Positions 49,195 to 58,237 of a stretch of DNA of 64,000 nt are shown one piece after another. A program made the translations under genes and the position numbers. How positions within the stretch are numbered: the first letter of the stretch is position 1; the number at the start of each line of letters is the position of its first letter. This stretch comes from Candidatus Shapirobacteria bacterium. GTDB lineage: Bacteria; Patescibacteriota; Microgenomatia; UBA12405. A model generated the notes under the pieces. The model made no database searches, was not told the DNA's origin, and saw nothing but the letters and a program-made list of their open reading frames with translations. The stretch is from contig JAQWEN010000001.1 in the NCBI GenBank assembly GCA_028704885.1, forward strand, positions 523,107-587,106, read 5' to 3'.

Positions 49195-50561
49195 TGTTCG
49201 ATTTTCTCCTTAGCTAAAACTCTTAATAAATTTCGAGTGACAAAAACACCGGTAAAAATACCAATACCAATTCCCAGAATTAGGGTAACAGCAAATCCCC
49301 TAACCATACCAGAAGTATTTAGAAAACTCCAATTAAAAGGATTAAATAAAATTAGACCAGTAATGATAGTACAAGCATTGGCGTCTTTAATTGAATCCCA
49401 AGCTCGACCAAAACCTAATTCCATGGCATTGTTCCAATTTTTACCTTTGCGAGTTTCTTCACGCATTCTTTCAAAGATTAAAATATTACTGTCAACGGCC
49501 ATACCAATTGATAAAATAAAACCGACAACCCCAGGAAAAGTTAAAGTAATAGGAATTAATCTATATAAAGCTAGAGTAATCAGTCCATAAATAATTAAAC
49601 CGATGTCAGCAATTAAACCAAGCTTGCCATAATTTCCAATCATAAAAAATGAGACTAAAATTAGACCAACAACACCAGCAAAAATCCCTTTATTAATGGA
49701 ATCTCTGCCAAGAGTGGCATCAATTTGTGATTGCTGGATTAGATTAATTGATAGAGGTAAAGCGCCGGCATTTAGCTGAACAGCTAATTCTTTGGCTGAT
49801 TTTGTAGTGAAACTACCACTAATAACTGCCTTACCATCGGTAATTTCGGTTTGAACAGTGGGAGGAGAAGTAATAGGATAATCGTCAATTAAAATAGCAA
49901 TTCTTTTGTTTAAAAATTCTTTGGTAGCAGCAGCAAATATTTTTGATCCTTCTTCATTAAATTCTAAGGAAACTTCTGGTTCGGAATTATTGGGATTAAT
50001 AGTGACAGAGGCTTTGGTTAAATGGGAACCATTAAGACCAGTGTCTTTAGTAAAAACATCATTAAAAGTGGCTGAGGCGGTGGCTTCTGGGGCTAATTCA
50101 ACCTCGCCTTTGAATTTTAATTGAGCAGTGGTGCCAATTAATTTGATAGCACTAGAGACGTCTTCAACACCAGGTAAATCCACTTTAAGTCGGTATTGAT
50201 TTTCTTGTTTAATAATTTGAACATTTGTTTCACTAATACCAAAAAGATTTATTCTTCTTTCAATATTACTTTTTAGTGATTCTAAGGCAGAAGAAAGATC
50301 TTCTTTTTTAATCTTAGTAGTATCAATGTCAAAAGTTAAAGAAGCACCACCGGCAAGATCGAGACCAAATTTAAGATCGAGATTTTTTTTGAATTTTTCA
50401 GAACCAAAACTAAAATCCGGACGATAAAAAGTGTGCTGCCAATTTATCTTTCCTAAATTGATACTAATAGGAATTTTTTTAGGGAAATTAATAATTAGAC
50501 AAACAAATGTCAATCCTAAAATAGTCCAAAAAATTCTGATGGTTTTGTTCTTATTTGGCAT
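49191..50561 (-). CDS. secD: Protein translocase subunit SecD
   Basis: GLDLAGG, LNAGALP, GMAVDSNILIFER, GFAVTL. Confidence 0.95.
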   Translation of the reverse strand: MPNKNKTIRIFWTILGLTFVCLIINFPKKIPISINLGKINWQHTFYRPDFSFGSEKFKKNLDLKFGLDLAGGASLTFDIDTTKIKKEDLSSALESLKSNIERRINLFGISETNVQIIKQENQYRLKVDLPGVEDVSSAIKLIGTTAQLKFKGEVELAPEATASATFNDVFTKDTGLNGSHLTKASVTINPNNSEPEVSLEFNEEGSKIFAAATKEFLNKRIAILIDDYPITSPPTVQTEITDGKAVISGSFTTKSAKELAVQLNAGALPLSINLIQQSQIDATLGRDSINKGIFAGVVGLILVSFFMIGNYGKLGLIADIGLIIYGLITLALYRLIPITLTFPGVVGFILSIGMAVDSNILIFERMREETRKGKNWNNAMELGFGRAWDSIKDANACTIITGLILFNPFNWSFLNTSGMVRGFAVTLILGIGIGIFTGVFVTRNLLRVLAKEKIEQ

Positions 50562-50563
50562 AA

Positions 50564-50752
50564 TTACTTAGAACCAATGAAGGAAAGTTGGCGGGGATGT
50601 CCAGAAAAAATATAGCTAATTGAAGCTTTACTTTTATTAATTTTAACCAAAACCATATCCCCTTCTTTAATATTAAATTCTTTAATTGATTTAGAAGGAA
50701 TAGTTAGGGCTAAACTATTTCCAGTTTTAATAACTTTTCTTGCTTGAGTCAT
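50564..50752 (-). CDS. AbrB/MazE/SpoVT-family DNA-binding protein
   Basis: RKVIKTGNSLALTIP...IKEGD. Confidence 0.8.
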   Translation of the reverse strand: MTQARKVIKTGNSLALTIPSKSIKEFNIKEGDMVLVKINKSKASISYIFSGHPRQLSFIGSK

Positions 50753-50756
50753 TTTT

Positions 50757-51353
50757 TTAAATACCAGCAATTTCTGAGGAACTACCTATTATAACGATTG
50801 GACAGCTTAAAAAAAAGTCGACAATAAATTGATCTCTTTTTTGTTTGCGCATTTGAAATTCACTTTTATCCATAACCATATAATTAATTTCGTGGCCGCG
50901 AATTTCTTCTTCTTGTTTAACTAAAATACCAACTTCTTTAAGGGAAAACAAATCACCGACAATAATTAAGTCAATACCGTCTTCGTTTCTTTTTTCACCG
51001 ACAGCGAATTTGTAATTATATAAAACTAATTTTATCGGACTTAGAGTTTCATTTTTATGCTGAAGTTTTAAACCAAGTCCAGAATTTTTATTAGCTAATA
51101 TTAAAAGATCGTAAAAAATTGGAGATTGTTTATCAGCCCAGTAATAGAGACGATTACCACGCCATTCTGATTCAATAATTCCAGCTTTTTTTAGATTATC
51201 TAATTCGCGACGAACTGAATTAATTTCCTCTTCAGTCAAACGAACTAATTGACGGACATAATAAATCTCTTTTGGGTTACTAAAAAGAATTGTAATTAAT
51301 TTTAGTCTGGTTTGAGAAACTAATAACTGTTTAAGACTAGTTTGAATTTTCAT
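50757..51353 (-). CDS. Winged-helix regulator with nucleotidyltransferase-like C-terminal domain
   Basis: SQTRLKL...YYVRQLVR...INSVRRELDNL...GNRLYY; later IDLIIVGD...EINY. Confidence 0.75.
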   Translation of the reverse strand: MKIQTSLKQLLVSQTRLKLITILFSNPKEIYYVRQLVRLTEEEINSVRRELDNLKKAGIIESEWRGNRLYYWADKQSPIFYDLLILANKNSGLGLKLQHKNETLSPIKLVLYNYKFAVGEKRNEDGIDLIIVGDLFSLKEVGILVKQEEEIRGHEINYMVMDKSEFQMRKQKRDQFIVDFFLSCPIVIIGSSSEIAGI

Positions 51354-52590
51354 AAGAAACACTGGTGTTTAATGGTAATATTTCAACCCAAATATTACCA
51401 GGGATAAAATTAACCTCTTTATTGCTACTGTCTTTAAATATGGTTCTGGCAATTCGATTGGCTTTTGACCAAGTAATTTCAGTCTTGGTGCCATTTTGGA
51501 ATAAAATTCCTTTACCAGTGCCAATCATTTCATAAAGATTATGGCCATGTTCATCAATAGATCGACTTTCTTTTGTATATTGAATAACTATATTTTTGGC
51601 GGTAATGGCTTTTTGGGTATTAAAGTCGATGTGTTCTTTACCGCCATTACTTCGGGAATAAAGATTTAAAGATGGGTCATATTTCCAAGAAACAGAATAA
51701 GCCTTATAACCAGACCAGAAATCGAAAGCAATGGTTGATGAAGAACCAGCGGAAGTATCTTTTTGGGTAAATTTCCAAGCCTGATAAGATTTATCCCAGG
51801 CAGTTTTTTTGACTTCAGTCATATTAGTAAGGCCGCGATTGGCAGCAATATTGTAAAGTTCGCTACTAGAACAATACATAGTGTGTTCAGTGGCTCTATC
51901 TTGACCAGTTCGATCTGGTTCACGACGACAAGCCTTGTAAGATAAAGAGAATTGACTTAAATCGCCCCAAGTGCCTTGATTATTCCAACCGTATTTGGCA
52001 ATTTGTTCGATGGCCTGAGCTTTGGTGTTAGTAGTACAAGGACTTTTGGCATCAGCAGCACTACAGTTAGCACCACCAACATGGTTATAAAGAGGATAAT
52101 CAGCGTATTCGGAGGCAATATCTAAGAAATAAGTTCTAGCTGAACGAACTGGGCCAACATCATATTTATTTTCTGAGTCAGCTTCGGTAGCAACAATTCC
52201 ACAATAAAAAACACCCATAAATCGGGTAATACCACCTTCGGCGACAGCTTCGTAAACAATATCGGCTGATTGTAAACCGGATTGAGGTCGAGCCTCTTCA
52301 TGATTTTCAATCATGACGGTTAATGGTCGTCTTTTTGACCAAATAGCTTTTTCTTCTTTGGTATAAAGTTGACCATTAAGAGGACAGATTTCAGTTTTTG
52401 GACCGGAAAAAGCGGATGTTTTAGATGAAAGGTCGCCAGTTTTTTCATCTTTGGTAACTTTATTACCACTAGGAGAAAGTGAAATTTCTGAACCAGAAGG
52501 AATTAAGAAATCAAATAAATAATAAGAAATACCGGTAATAAATAAGAATACGCCTAAATATCCTATATTTTTTAATATTTTTTTATCCAT
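51337..52590 (-). CDS. DUF3048-family secreted protein
   Basis: RPLTVMIEN, ARPQSGL, ADIVYE..AEGGITRF, GPVRSAR, PGNIWVEI. Confidence 0.85.
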   Translation of the reverse strand: MDKKILKNIGYLGVFLFITGISYYLFDFLIPSGSEISLSPSGNKVTKDEKTGDLSSKTSAFSGPKTEICPLNGQLYTKEEKAIWSKRRPLTVMIENHEEARPQSGLQSADIVYEAVAEGGITRFMGVFYCGIVATEADSENKYDVGPVRSARTYFLDIASEYADYPLYNHVGGANCSAADAKSPCTTNTKAQAIEQIAKYGWNNQGTWGDLSQFSLSYKACRREPDRTGQDRATEHTMYCSSSELYNIAANRGLTNMTEVKKTAWDKSYQAWKFTQKDTSAGSSSTIAFDFWSGYKAYSVSWKYDPSLNLYSRSNGGKEHIDFNTQKAITAKNIVIQYTKESRSIDEHGHNLYEMIGTGKGILFQNGTKTEITWSKANRIARTIFKDSSNKEVNFIPGNIWVEILPLNTSVSYENSN

Positions 52591-52597
52591 TTAAAAA

Positions 52598-52948
52598 TTA
52601 ATTTTTAATAGTTTTAACTATAGCGGATTTTTCTTCCTTTGACAAAGTGATATTTTCACCTAATCCATTTTTGACAGGTTTGGCATAAATTCTAGTAATA
52701 TCACGGTTATGGAGTGAAGTAATGATGGCTCCAGAGTTATTTTTATCTAAAATAGTCAGGATAAAGCTTTGATCACCACCAACATCGTCAAAAGGATTAA
52801 ATCTAGTTATGCCTATTTTAAGGCTATTATCTAATTTATCTAAATCTACAGCTTTATTTTTAGAATTATTTTTAATATAAACTAAGTACGTTAGGTAGCA
52901 AAGCCACAATAAATTGATTATTAATATTAAATATATTAAGAAAGACAT
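52598..52948 (-). CDS. DUF4446-family protein
   Basis: RFNPFDDVGGDQSF, RIYAKP, LSKEE. Confidence 0.82.
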   Translation of the reverse strand: MSFLIYLILIINLLWLCYLTYLVYIKNNSKNKAVDLDKLDNSLKIGITRFNPFDDVGGDQSFILTILDKNNSGAIITSLHNRDITRIYAKPVKNGLGENITLSKEEKSAIVKTIKN

Positions 52949-53000
52949 CGATTACTAATTGTAGCAAAACAATATGCTATACTGGCGATAGAAACACATA

Positions 53001-53108
53001 ATGAACGAAAATAAATATATTAAAAAAGATTTATTAAGAAGTTTGATTTTAAGCGTGATTTCAATTGGGATTATCATAGTTATTTACTACCTAAAAAATG
53101 GTTATTAG
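53001..53108 (+). CDS. Small single-TM protein (35 aa)
   Basis: MNENKYIKKDLLRSLILSVISIGIIIVIYYLKNGY; TGCTATACT promoter-like element upstream. Confidence 0.5.
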   Translation: MNENKYIKKDLLRSLILSVISIGIIIVIYYLKNGY

Positions 53109-53141
53109 AAATTATTATTTTTATAAGGGGGGTGAAAATTA

Positions 53142-53318
53142 ATGCCAACAATTAAATTTTATAACGTTAAATCACGCAAATCTATCGAAATTGACGTAAG
53201 TAAAGTAGAAAAAGTTATGTTGAAAAACGGTAGACCAGCAGCTCAAACTATTGATCCAGAAACTGGAACCAAAATGTTTAAAATCTTATCAGCCGCTGAT
53301 GCAGCTTTATTGAAATAA
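53142..53318 (+). CDS. Small basic protein, DUF5679/Cren7-like (58 aa)
   Basis: MPTIKFYNVKSRKSIEIDVSKVEKVMLKNGRPAAQTIDPETGTKMFKILSAADAALLK; strong SD GGGGGTGA; terminator downstream. Confidence 0.75.
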   Translation: MPTIKFYNVKSRKSIEIDVSKVEKVMLKNGRPAAQTIDPETGTKMFKILSAADAALLK

Positions 53319-53341
53319 TAAAGAAATAGATTTAAGCTTAA

Positions 53342-53373
53342 ACCCCCCGAAATTTCGGGGGGTATTTGTTTTT
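53342..53373 (+). terminator. Intrinsic terminator
   Basis: ACCCCCCGAA-AT-TTCGGGGGGT followed by ATTTGTTTTT. Confidence 0.85.
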
Positions 53374-53398
53374 ATAGATATTTAAGGCTATAATTTAG

Positions 53399-53661
53399 AT
53401 ATCCTAAAGAGATTGAGAGGCTTATCCCGATTTCTAACGAAATCGCGGAAGGAAAGTCCGGACCACAAAAAGCACAGAAGTCCATACGGACCAGGGCGTA
53501 AGCTTTGGGCGCTGCTACAGAGACGAGAAATGTGAAACGCGCATCCTTCTGGTGGAAATCTCAAGATGAAACGTTAATATCTAGCTTTTGAGAGTTTCAG
53601 GTAGAGAGAGTAGATTGATGGCCTCTAAACAGAATCCGGCTTATCAATGTCTTTGGGATAT
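53399..53661 (+). ncRNA. rnpB: RNase P RNA, compact form (~263 nt)
   Basis: CR-I GGAAAGTCCGG, CR-II ACAGAGA, CR-III GTGAAAC, CR-V AACAGAATCCGGCTTA; P1 ATATCCTAAAGA/TCTTTGGGATAT. Confidence 0.92.
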
Positions 53662-53663
53662 TT

Positions 53664-54641
53664 TTATTCCGATTCTTTAGAAAGACCCTTAACAACGGCT
53701 TGGATAGTCAAAAAAAGTGGAATAGCTAAAAGAGCGCCAACAATTCCAGCTAATTGACTGCCGGTGATAATTAAAAGAATGGTGACCAATGGATTTAGGC
53801 CAACAGTACTTCTCATTATTTTGGGAACAATAAAATTGTTTTCTAGTTGTTGAACTAAAACCCCAAAAATAACAGTAAAAATGGCAGTTAAAGGTGAAAT
53901 TGTTAAAGCAAAAAGTCCGGCAATAACAGTCGTAACAATTGGACCAATATTGGGAATTGCTTCGAGCAAACCAGCAATAATAGCTAATGGAAGGGCATAT
54001 TTTAAACCAAGAATTAAATAACCGACATAGGAAAGAAGTCCAATAATGAGCATTAATAGAAGCTGAGCATTAACCCAACTACCAAGACTTGATTCTATAT
54101 TATTCATTATTCTTAAAAACTTTATCTTGCCTTTTTCACCAAAAAAATTGTCACCATATTTAGGAAAATTATTTTTTTCCAATAAAAGATAAAAAGTAAT
54201 GACGAAGATAATTAAACCAGAAAAAATATTTGAAGCTAATGAAACAGCAATTTTAGCAATATTTGAGGGAATAGTTTCCAAAATCTTAAATTGAGAAGAT
54301 AAATCGATAGTATTTTCGCTAAATATTTTGACGTTTTGAATAATTTGAGGCAAACTGTTAATTAGACCGGCAGTTTGTTCAATTAAAATTGGAATTATTC
54401 CGGCAATAGCAAAAGAAACAGCAGCAATAATTAAAAGATAAACAATTAAAATAGCAAATACTCTGGGGATTTTTATTTTTTCAAGTTGACGAACTACTGG
54501 ATTTACAGCCTCCATTAAAACAAAACCAACAAAAATTAAAACAAGGATACTTCTTATCTGCCAAAAAAAGGCCAGAGCCAATAAAAAAGCAACGGTAAAA
54601 ATTACGGTTTTGTGAGAAATTTCTATTTTTCTGGTTTTCAT
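53664..54641 (-). CDS. AI-2E family transporter
   Basis: Multi-TM; IPNIGP, QQLENNFIVPKIM, GIVGALLAIP. Confidence 0.9.
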   Translation of the reverse strand: MKTRKIEISHKTVIFTVAFLLALAFFWQIRSILVLIFVGFVLMEAVNPVVRQLEKIKIPRVFAILIVYLLIIAAVSFAIAGIIPILIEQTAGLINSLPQIIQNVKIFSENTIDLSSQFKILETIPSNIAKIAVSLASNIFSGLIIFVITFYLLLEKNNFPKYGDNFFGEKGKIKFLRIMNNIESSLGSWVNAQLLLMLIIGLLSYVGYLILGLKYALPLAIIAGLLEAIPNIGPIVTTVIAGLFALTISPLTAIFTVIFGVLVQQLENNFIVPKIMRSTVGLNPLVTILLIITGSQLAGIVGALLAIPLFLTIQAVVKGLSKESE

Positions 54642-55582
54642 AATTTATTGTACCATTCGGAAACTAAATTAAAAATTTTATCCTTAAACATAGGAAAAGT
54701 AATGTCAAAAAAAGAAGCTGTATTGGAATATCTGGATTTAAAATAAGTACTTTGGCGGCGGGCATCACTGTGTTCGGCATAACGCCATTTTTGAAGACAG
54801 GTGTTTAGTAGAGACGTTGCATGCAACGTCTCTACATCTTTGTTTTGAAAATATGGTTTGAGGCATTGGTAAGCAGCAATTTGAAGACCTGGATCGGACC
54901 AAGAATATTTTTTTAACAAATTTTTTATTTCATCAAAAAAGCCAATGTCTAGGCGCTTTTGAACACGGGTATTGATACGGTCATAAAGAAAATCGAGAGG
55001 AGCGATGAGAGAAATATGTAAAATATCAAACCCCTCTGTCCTACTGGACATCTCCCCTTGATGAAGGGGAGAAATTTTTGATAATTTTATTTCTATTTTT
55101 CTGGTTAAACGATAGTGATTATTAATATCAGAATGGTTTAATTTAGAAAAATTTTCTTTATCTAAAAAATTATAAATTTTTTGTAAAGTTTTGACTGATA
55201 ATTTTTTTGAAATTAAGCGCCAAAGTTTATTCGGCTTAATAGAAAAAGTATCGTAATTTTGATTAATCAAAGAATCTAAATAAAAACCGCTACAACCAAC
55301 CAAAACTGGTAATTTGTTTTGAGAATGAAGTTTATTGATTATTTCTAGACCAGCTTTTTGAAATTGAGCGACAGAAAATTTTTGATCTGGAGTAATTAAA
55401 TCAATTAAATGAATTGGAGTTTCACCAGGCTGATCTTTGCCAGTACCAATATCAAGACCTTTATAAATTTGACATGAATCAGTGGAAACTAGTTCGCCAT
55501 GGTATATTTTTGCCAATTCTACGGCTAAATCGGTTTTACCGGTAGCAGTCGGACCGGAAATAATTAAAATTTTGTTAAACAT
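54638..55582 (-). CDS. miaA: tRNA dimethylallyltransferase
   Basis: GPTATGKT, DSCQIYKGLDIGTGK, VGCSGFY, ARRQ; carries two in-frame palindromic inserts; ATG 55582. Confidence 0.9.
   Translation of the reverse strand: MFNKILIISGPTATGKTDLAVELAKIYHGELVSTDSCQIYKGLDIGTGKDQPGETPIHLIDLITPDQKFSVAQFQKAGLEIINKLHSQNKLPVLVGCSGFYLDSLINQNYDTFSIKPNKLWRLISKKLSVKTLQKIYNFLDKENFSKLNHSDINNHYRLTRKIEIKLSKISPLHQGEMSSRTEGFDILHISLIAPLDFLYDRINTRVQKRLDIGFFDEIKNLLKKYSWSDPGLQIAAYQCLKPYFQNKDVETLHATSLLNTCLQKWRYAEHSDARRQSTYFKSRYSNTASFFDITFPMFKDKIFNLVSEWYNKL
54808..54835. repeat. GTAG-type REP palindrome inside miaA
   Basis: Perfect 28-bp palindrome GTAGAGACGTTGCATGCAACGTCTCTAC, encoding VETLHATSL. Confidence 0.88.
55031..55073. 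repeat. Double-hairpin REP-like element, copy 3, inside miaA
   Basis: CCCCTC-TGTCC-TACT-GGACA-TCTCCCCTT-GATG-AAGGGGAGA. Confidence 0.85.
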
Positions 55583-56645
55583 TGATTCTAAATTCAACCA
55601 CATCGTCGGGGCGCATGATGTAATCGCGGCCTTCGTGGCGAAGTTTGCCGACTTCTTTGGCTCCTAATAATCCCTTATATTGGACAAAATCTTCATAAGA
55701 AACAACTTCGGCCATAATAAAACCTTTTTCAAAATCAGTATGAATGGCAGCGGCGGCTTTAGGAGCAGTATCCCCTTTTTTAATTGTCCAAGCCCGAGCT
55801 TCTTTAACCCCAGCGGTGTAATAAGATTGAAGACCAAGAGTGTCGTAGGCTTTTTGAATAACTCTTTCTAGTCCGGATTTTTCGACTCCTAATTCTTTTA
55901 AATAATCCTTCTTTTCCTCTGGATTTAATTCAGCTAAATCAAATTCAACTTTAGCAGAAACTGGAACTACAGATTCCCAATTTTCAATTTTTAATTTGAA
56001 ATTTTCAATGTCTTTATAGGTGTCTTCATCGACATTAGCGACAATAAAATAAGGTTTGGCAGTTAATAAGAAAAATTCTTTGATCATTTCTTTTTCTTCA
56101 TCATCTAATTTTAAATTGACGGTTAAATTACCTTTTTCTAATTCTGATTTTAATTTGGCGGCTAAAGCAAATTTTTTAGATTTATTTTCTTTGGCATTGT
56201 TTTTATTAACATCAAGATATTTATCAATAGTTTCTAAATCTTTGATAATTAATTCAGCACAAATGACCTCAAAATCGCCTTGTGGATCAACTGAACCCTC
56301 TTTGATAATATTAGAGTCGGAAAAGGCACGAACAACGTGGCAGATGGCATCACAATCACGAATATTGGTAAGGAATTTGTTGCCAAGACCTTCACCTTGA
56401 GATGCACCTTTAACTAGACCAGCGATGTCAACAAATTCAACAATAGCAGGAACAATTTTATCGGTTTTAACAATTTCGGCCAAAACTGGTAATTTATCAT
56501 CGGGAACTTCAACTACTCCAACATTTGGGTCGATGGTACAAAAAGGATAATTACTGGCATCAGCAACTTGCTTGCCAAGGAGAGCATTAAAAAGAGTAGA
56601 TTTGCCGACGTTGGGTAATCCAACAATACCGATAGATAATTTCAT
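55575..56645 (-). CDS. ychF: Redox-regulated ATPase YchF
   Basis: GLPNVGKST, NYPFCTIDPN, DIAGLV, GEGLGNKFL, TGS domain. Confidence 0.97.
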   Translation of the reverse strand: MKLSIGIVGLPNVGKSTLFNALLGKQVADASNYPFCTIDPNVGVVEVPDDKLPVLAEIVKTDKIVPAIVEFVDIAGLVKGASQGEGLGNKFLTNIRDCDAICHVVRAFSDSNIIKEGSVDPQGDFEVICAELIIKDLETIDKYLDVNKNNAKENKSKKFALAAKLKSELEKGNLTVNLKLDDEEKEMIKEFFLLTAKPYFIVANVDEDTYKDIENFKLKIENWESVVPVSAKVEFDLAELNPEEKKDYLKELGVEKSGLERVIQKAYDTLGLQSYYTAGVKEARAWTIKKGDTAPKAAAAIHTDFEKGFIMAEVVSYEDFVQYKGLLGAKEVGKLRHEGRDYIMRPDDVVEFRINV

Positions 56646-56670
56646 GAGTGTATTTTACCAAAAACAAGGC

Positions 56671-57165
56671 TTATTTTTTGTTTTTAATAAAGTCAATTGC
56701 ATTTTGAGGGACGAGGGATTGCCAAGTGGAATTGTTGATGTTAATCATTTGGCGAACGTCGGTGGCGCGAGTATTTAAAATTTTTGGTTTAATAATTTGG
56801 AAATGATGGCCGTAATTTACAAAACAATCTGAAGTGTAATCATTGTCAGTAAAAAGACAGGTGTTGCTTTCGTTAATCTCTGGAAAAAAGGTTTTGACGT
56901 AATCGGCATATTTGGGAGGATTATTAATATCGGGAATAATAATAATTTGATAAGGAAAATTTAATTTGTCTAAATTGGGAATTAAAAGCGATTTAACTTC
57001 TTCCCCGGTTAAAAAGTTTTGAGAATCTAACGTGGTGGACTCACCTACTCCGATTAATAATTTTTTGATACCAGAATTGATAACTTCATTTAAAAATTGA
57101 AGATGGTGGAGACAAGGCGGTTGAAAACGACCAATAACTAGACCAAAATGGTGGGTGGTAAGCAT
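56671..57165 (-). CDS. NMN adenylyltransferase-like (NadM, cytidylyltransferase family)
   Basis: IGRFQPPCLHH, LIGVG, NFLTGEE, IPDINN, ATDVR, WQSLVP; coupled to nadE. Confidence 0.75.
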   Translation of the reverse strand: MLTTHHFGLVIGRFQPPCLHHLQFLNEVINSGIKKLLIGVGESTTLDSQNFLTGEEVKSLLIPNLDKLNFPYQIIIIPDINNPPKYADYVKTFFPEINESNTCLFTDNDYTSDCFVNYGHHFQIIKPKILNTRATDVRQMININNSTWQSLVPQNAIDFIKNKK

Positions 57166-57833
57166 CTTTTGTGTTCTGATGATTCGATTAATTTTTTGAT
57201 TTTAGATTCAATTTCCGGTTTTGTTTTTTCGCCTTGTAAAAAATTATCTAAATCAACATAAGTAAAACCGAGTTCGGTTTCGTCGGTTTGACTGTCCCAA
57301 AGACCAGCACTTGGGACTTTAACAATAATATTTTTGGGGATATTTAATAATTTGGCTAATTCGAAAATTTCAGTTTTATAAAGATTAGCAATTGGTTCCA
57401 GATCGCAACCACCATCGCCATATTTTGTAAAATAACCGACAGCCATTTCAGATTTATTGGTAGTGCCGATAACTAGGCCATTTCTGTGATTGGCATAAGC
57501 ATAAGCAATAGTCATGCGGACACGAGACATAATATTGCCATTAACAAATCTGTTGTCGGAAATTTTGAATTGATCAACAAGCGGTTTAATATCTTTTTTG
57601 AAATATTTAATATTTAGTTGATTAACCACAGTAATTGCGTCGTCGATATCAACCTGTCGACTATATGGCATTAAAATTCCAAAAACTCTTTTGTTTCCCA
57701 AAGCTTTAACACATAAAAAAGCGGTAACAGCCGAATCAATGCCGCCAGAAATGCCAATAAAAACATTTTTTGGACCTACATAACTTCTTATGCCTTGAAC
57801 AATCTTATTTTCAACGTCTTTTAAATCTCTCAT
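57138..57833 (-). CDS. nadE: NH3-dependent NAD+ synthetase
   Basis: GISGGIDSAV, NIMSRVRM, GTTNKSE, GYFTKYGDG, PSAGLW..QTDE; ATG 57833. Confidence 0.94.
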   Translation of the reverse strand: MRDLKDVENKIVQGIRSYVGPKNVFIGISGGIDSAVTAFLCVKALGNKRVFGILMPYSRQVDIDDAITVVNQLNIKYFKKDIKPLVDQFKISDNRFVNGNIMSRVRMTIAYAYANHRNGLVIGTTNKSEMAVGYFTKYGDGGCDLEPIANLYKTEIFELAKLLNIPKNIIVKVPSAGLWDSQTDETELGFTYVDLDNFLQGEKTKPEIESKIKKLIESSEHKRCLPPTILV

Positions 57834-57847
57834 AAAGAATTGTACCA

Positions 57848-57879
57848 ACAAAAAGCTCCCTCGTTTCCAAGGGAGCTTT
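57848..57879 (-). terminator. Intrinsic terminator after the HU gene
   Basis: Inverted repeat AAAGCTCCCT/AGGGAGCTTT with T run on the minus strand. Confidence 0.75.
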
Positions 57880-57897
57880 ATTAAATTCAAAAATGAA

Positions 57898-58170
57898 TTA
57901 TTTCACCATTTTCTTGATTTTGGTACCTGGAATGTAGCGAGGCATTCTTCGGGCAACAATTTTCTTGGATTCTTTGGTTCCAATAGCTTTGATGGTTTTT
58001 GCTTTGAACATTTTGGTTTTGAAAGTTCCAAAACCAGAAAGTTTAACGGTTTCGCCAGCGGCTAATCCTTTCATTATTTCAGAGAGGAAAGTTTCAACTG
58101 CTTGTTTAGCTGCTTTTTTACTAAGCTTGGCTTTTTGAGAGACTGATTCGATTAAATCTTTTTTAGTCAT
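57898..58170 (-). CDS. hup: HU family DNA-binding protein
   Basis: MTKKDLI...LSGFGTF...PGTKIK. Confidence 0.9.
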   Translation of the reverse strand: MTKKDLIESVSQKAKLSKKAAKQAVETFLSEIMKGLAAGETVKLSGFGTFKTKMFKAKTIKAIGTKESKKIVARRMPRYIPGTKIKKMVK

Positions 58171-58237
58171 TATTTTTTTATTAATAATTAATAATTCCCC
58201 TTAATTTTAGACGAATATTATCTAATTGCAATAGAAG

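Noticed and set aside
50564-51353. Toxin-antitoxin pair (AbrB-like plus nucleotidyltransferase-like)
   Set aside because: No recognisable toxin, the NTase GS motif is absent, and the pair sits within the secDF operon.
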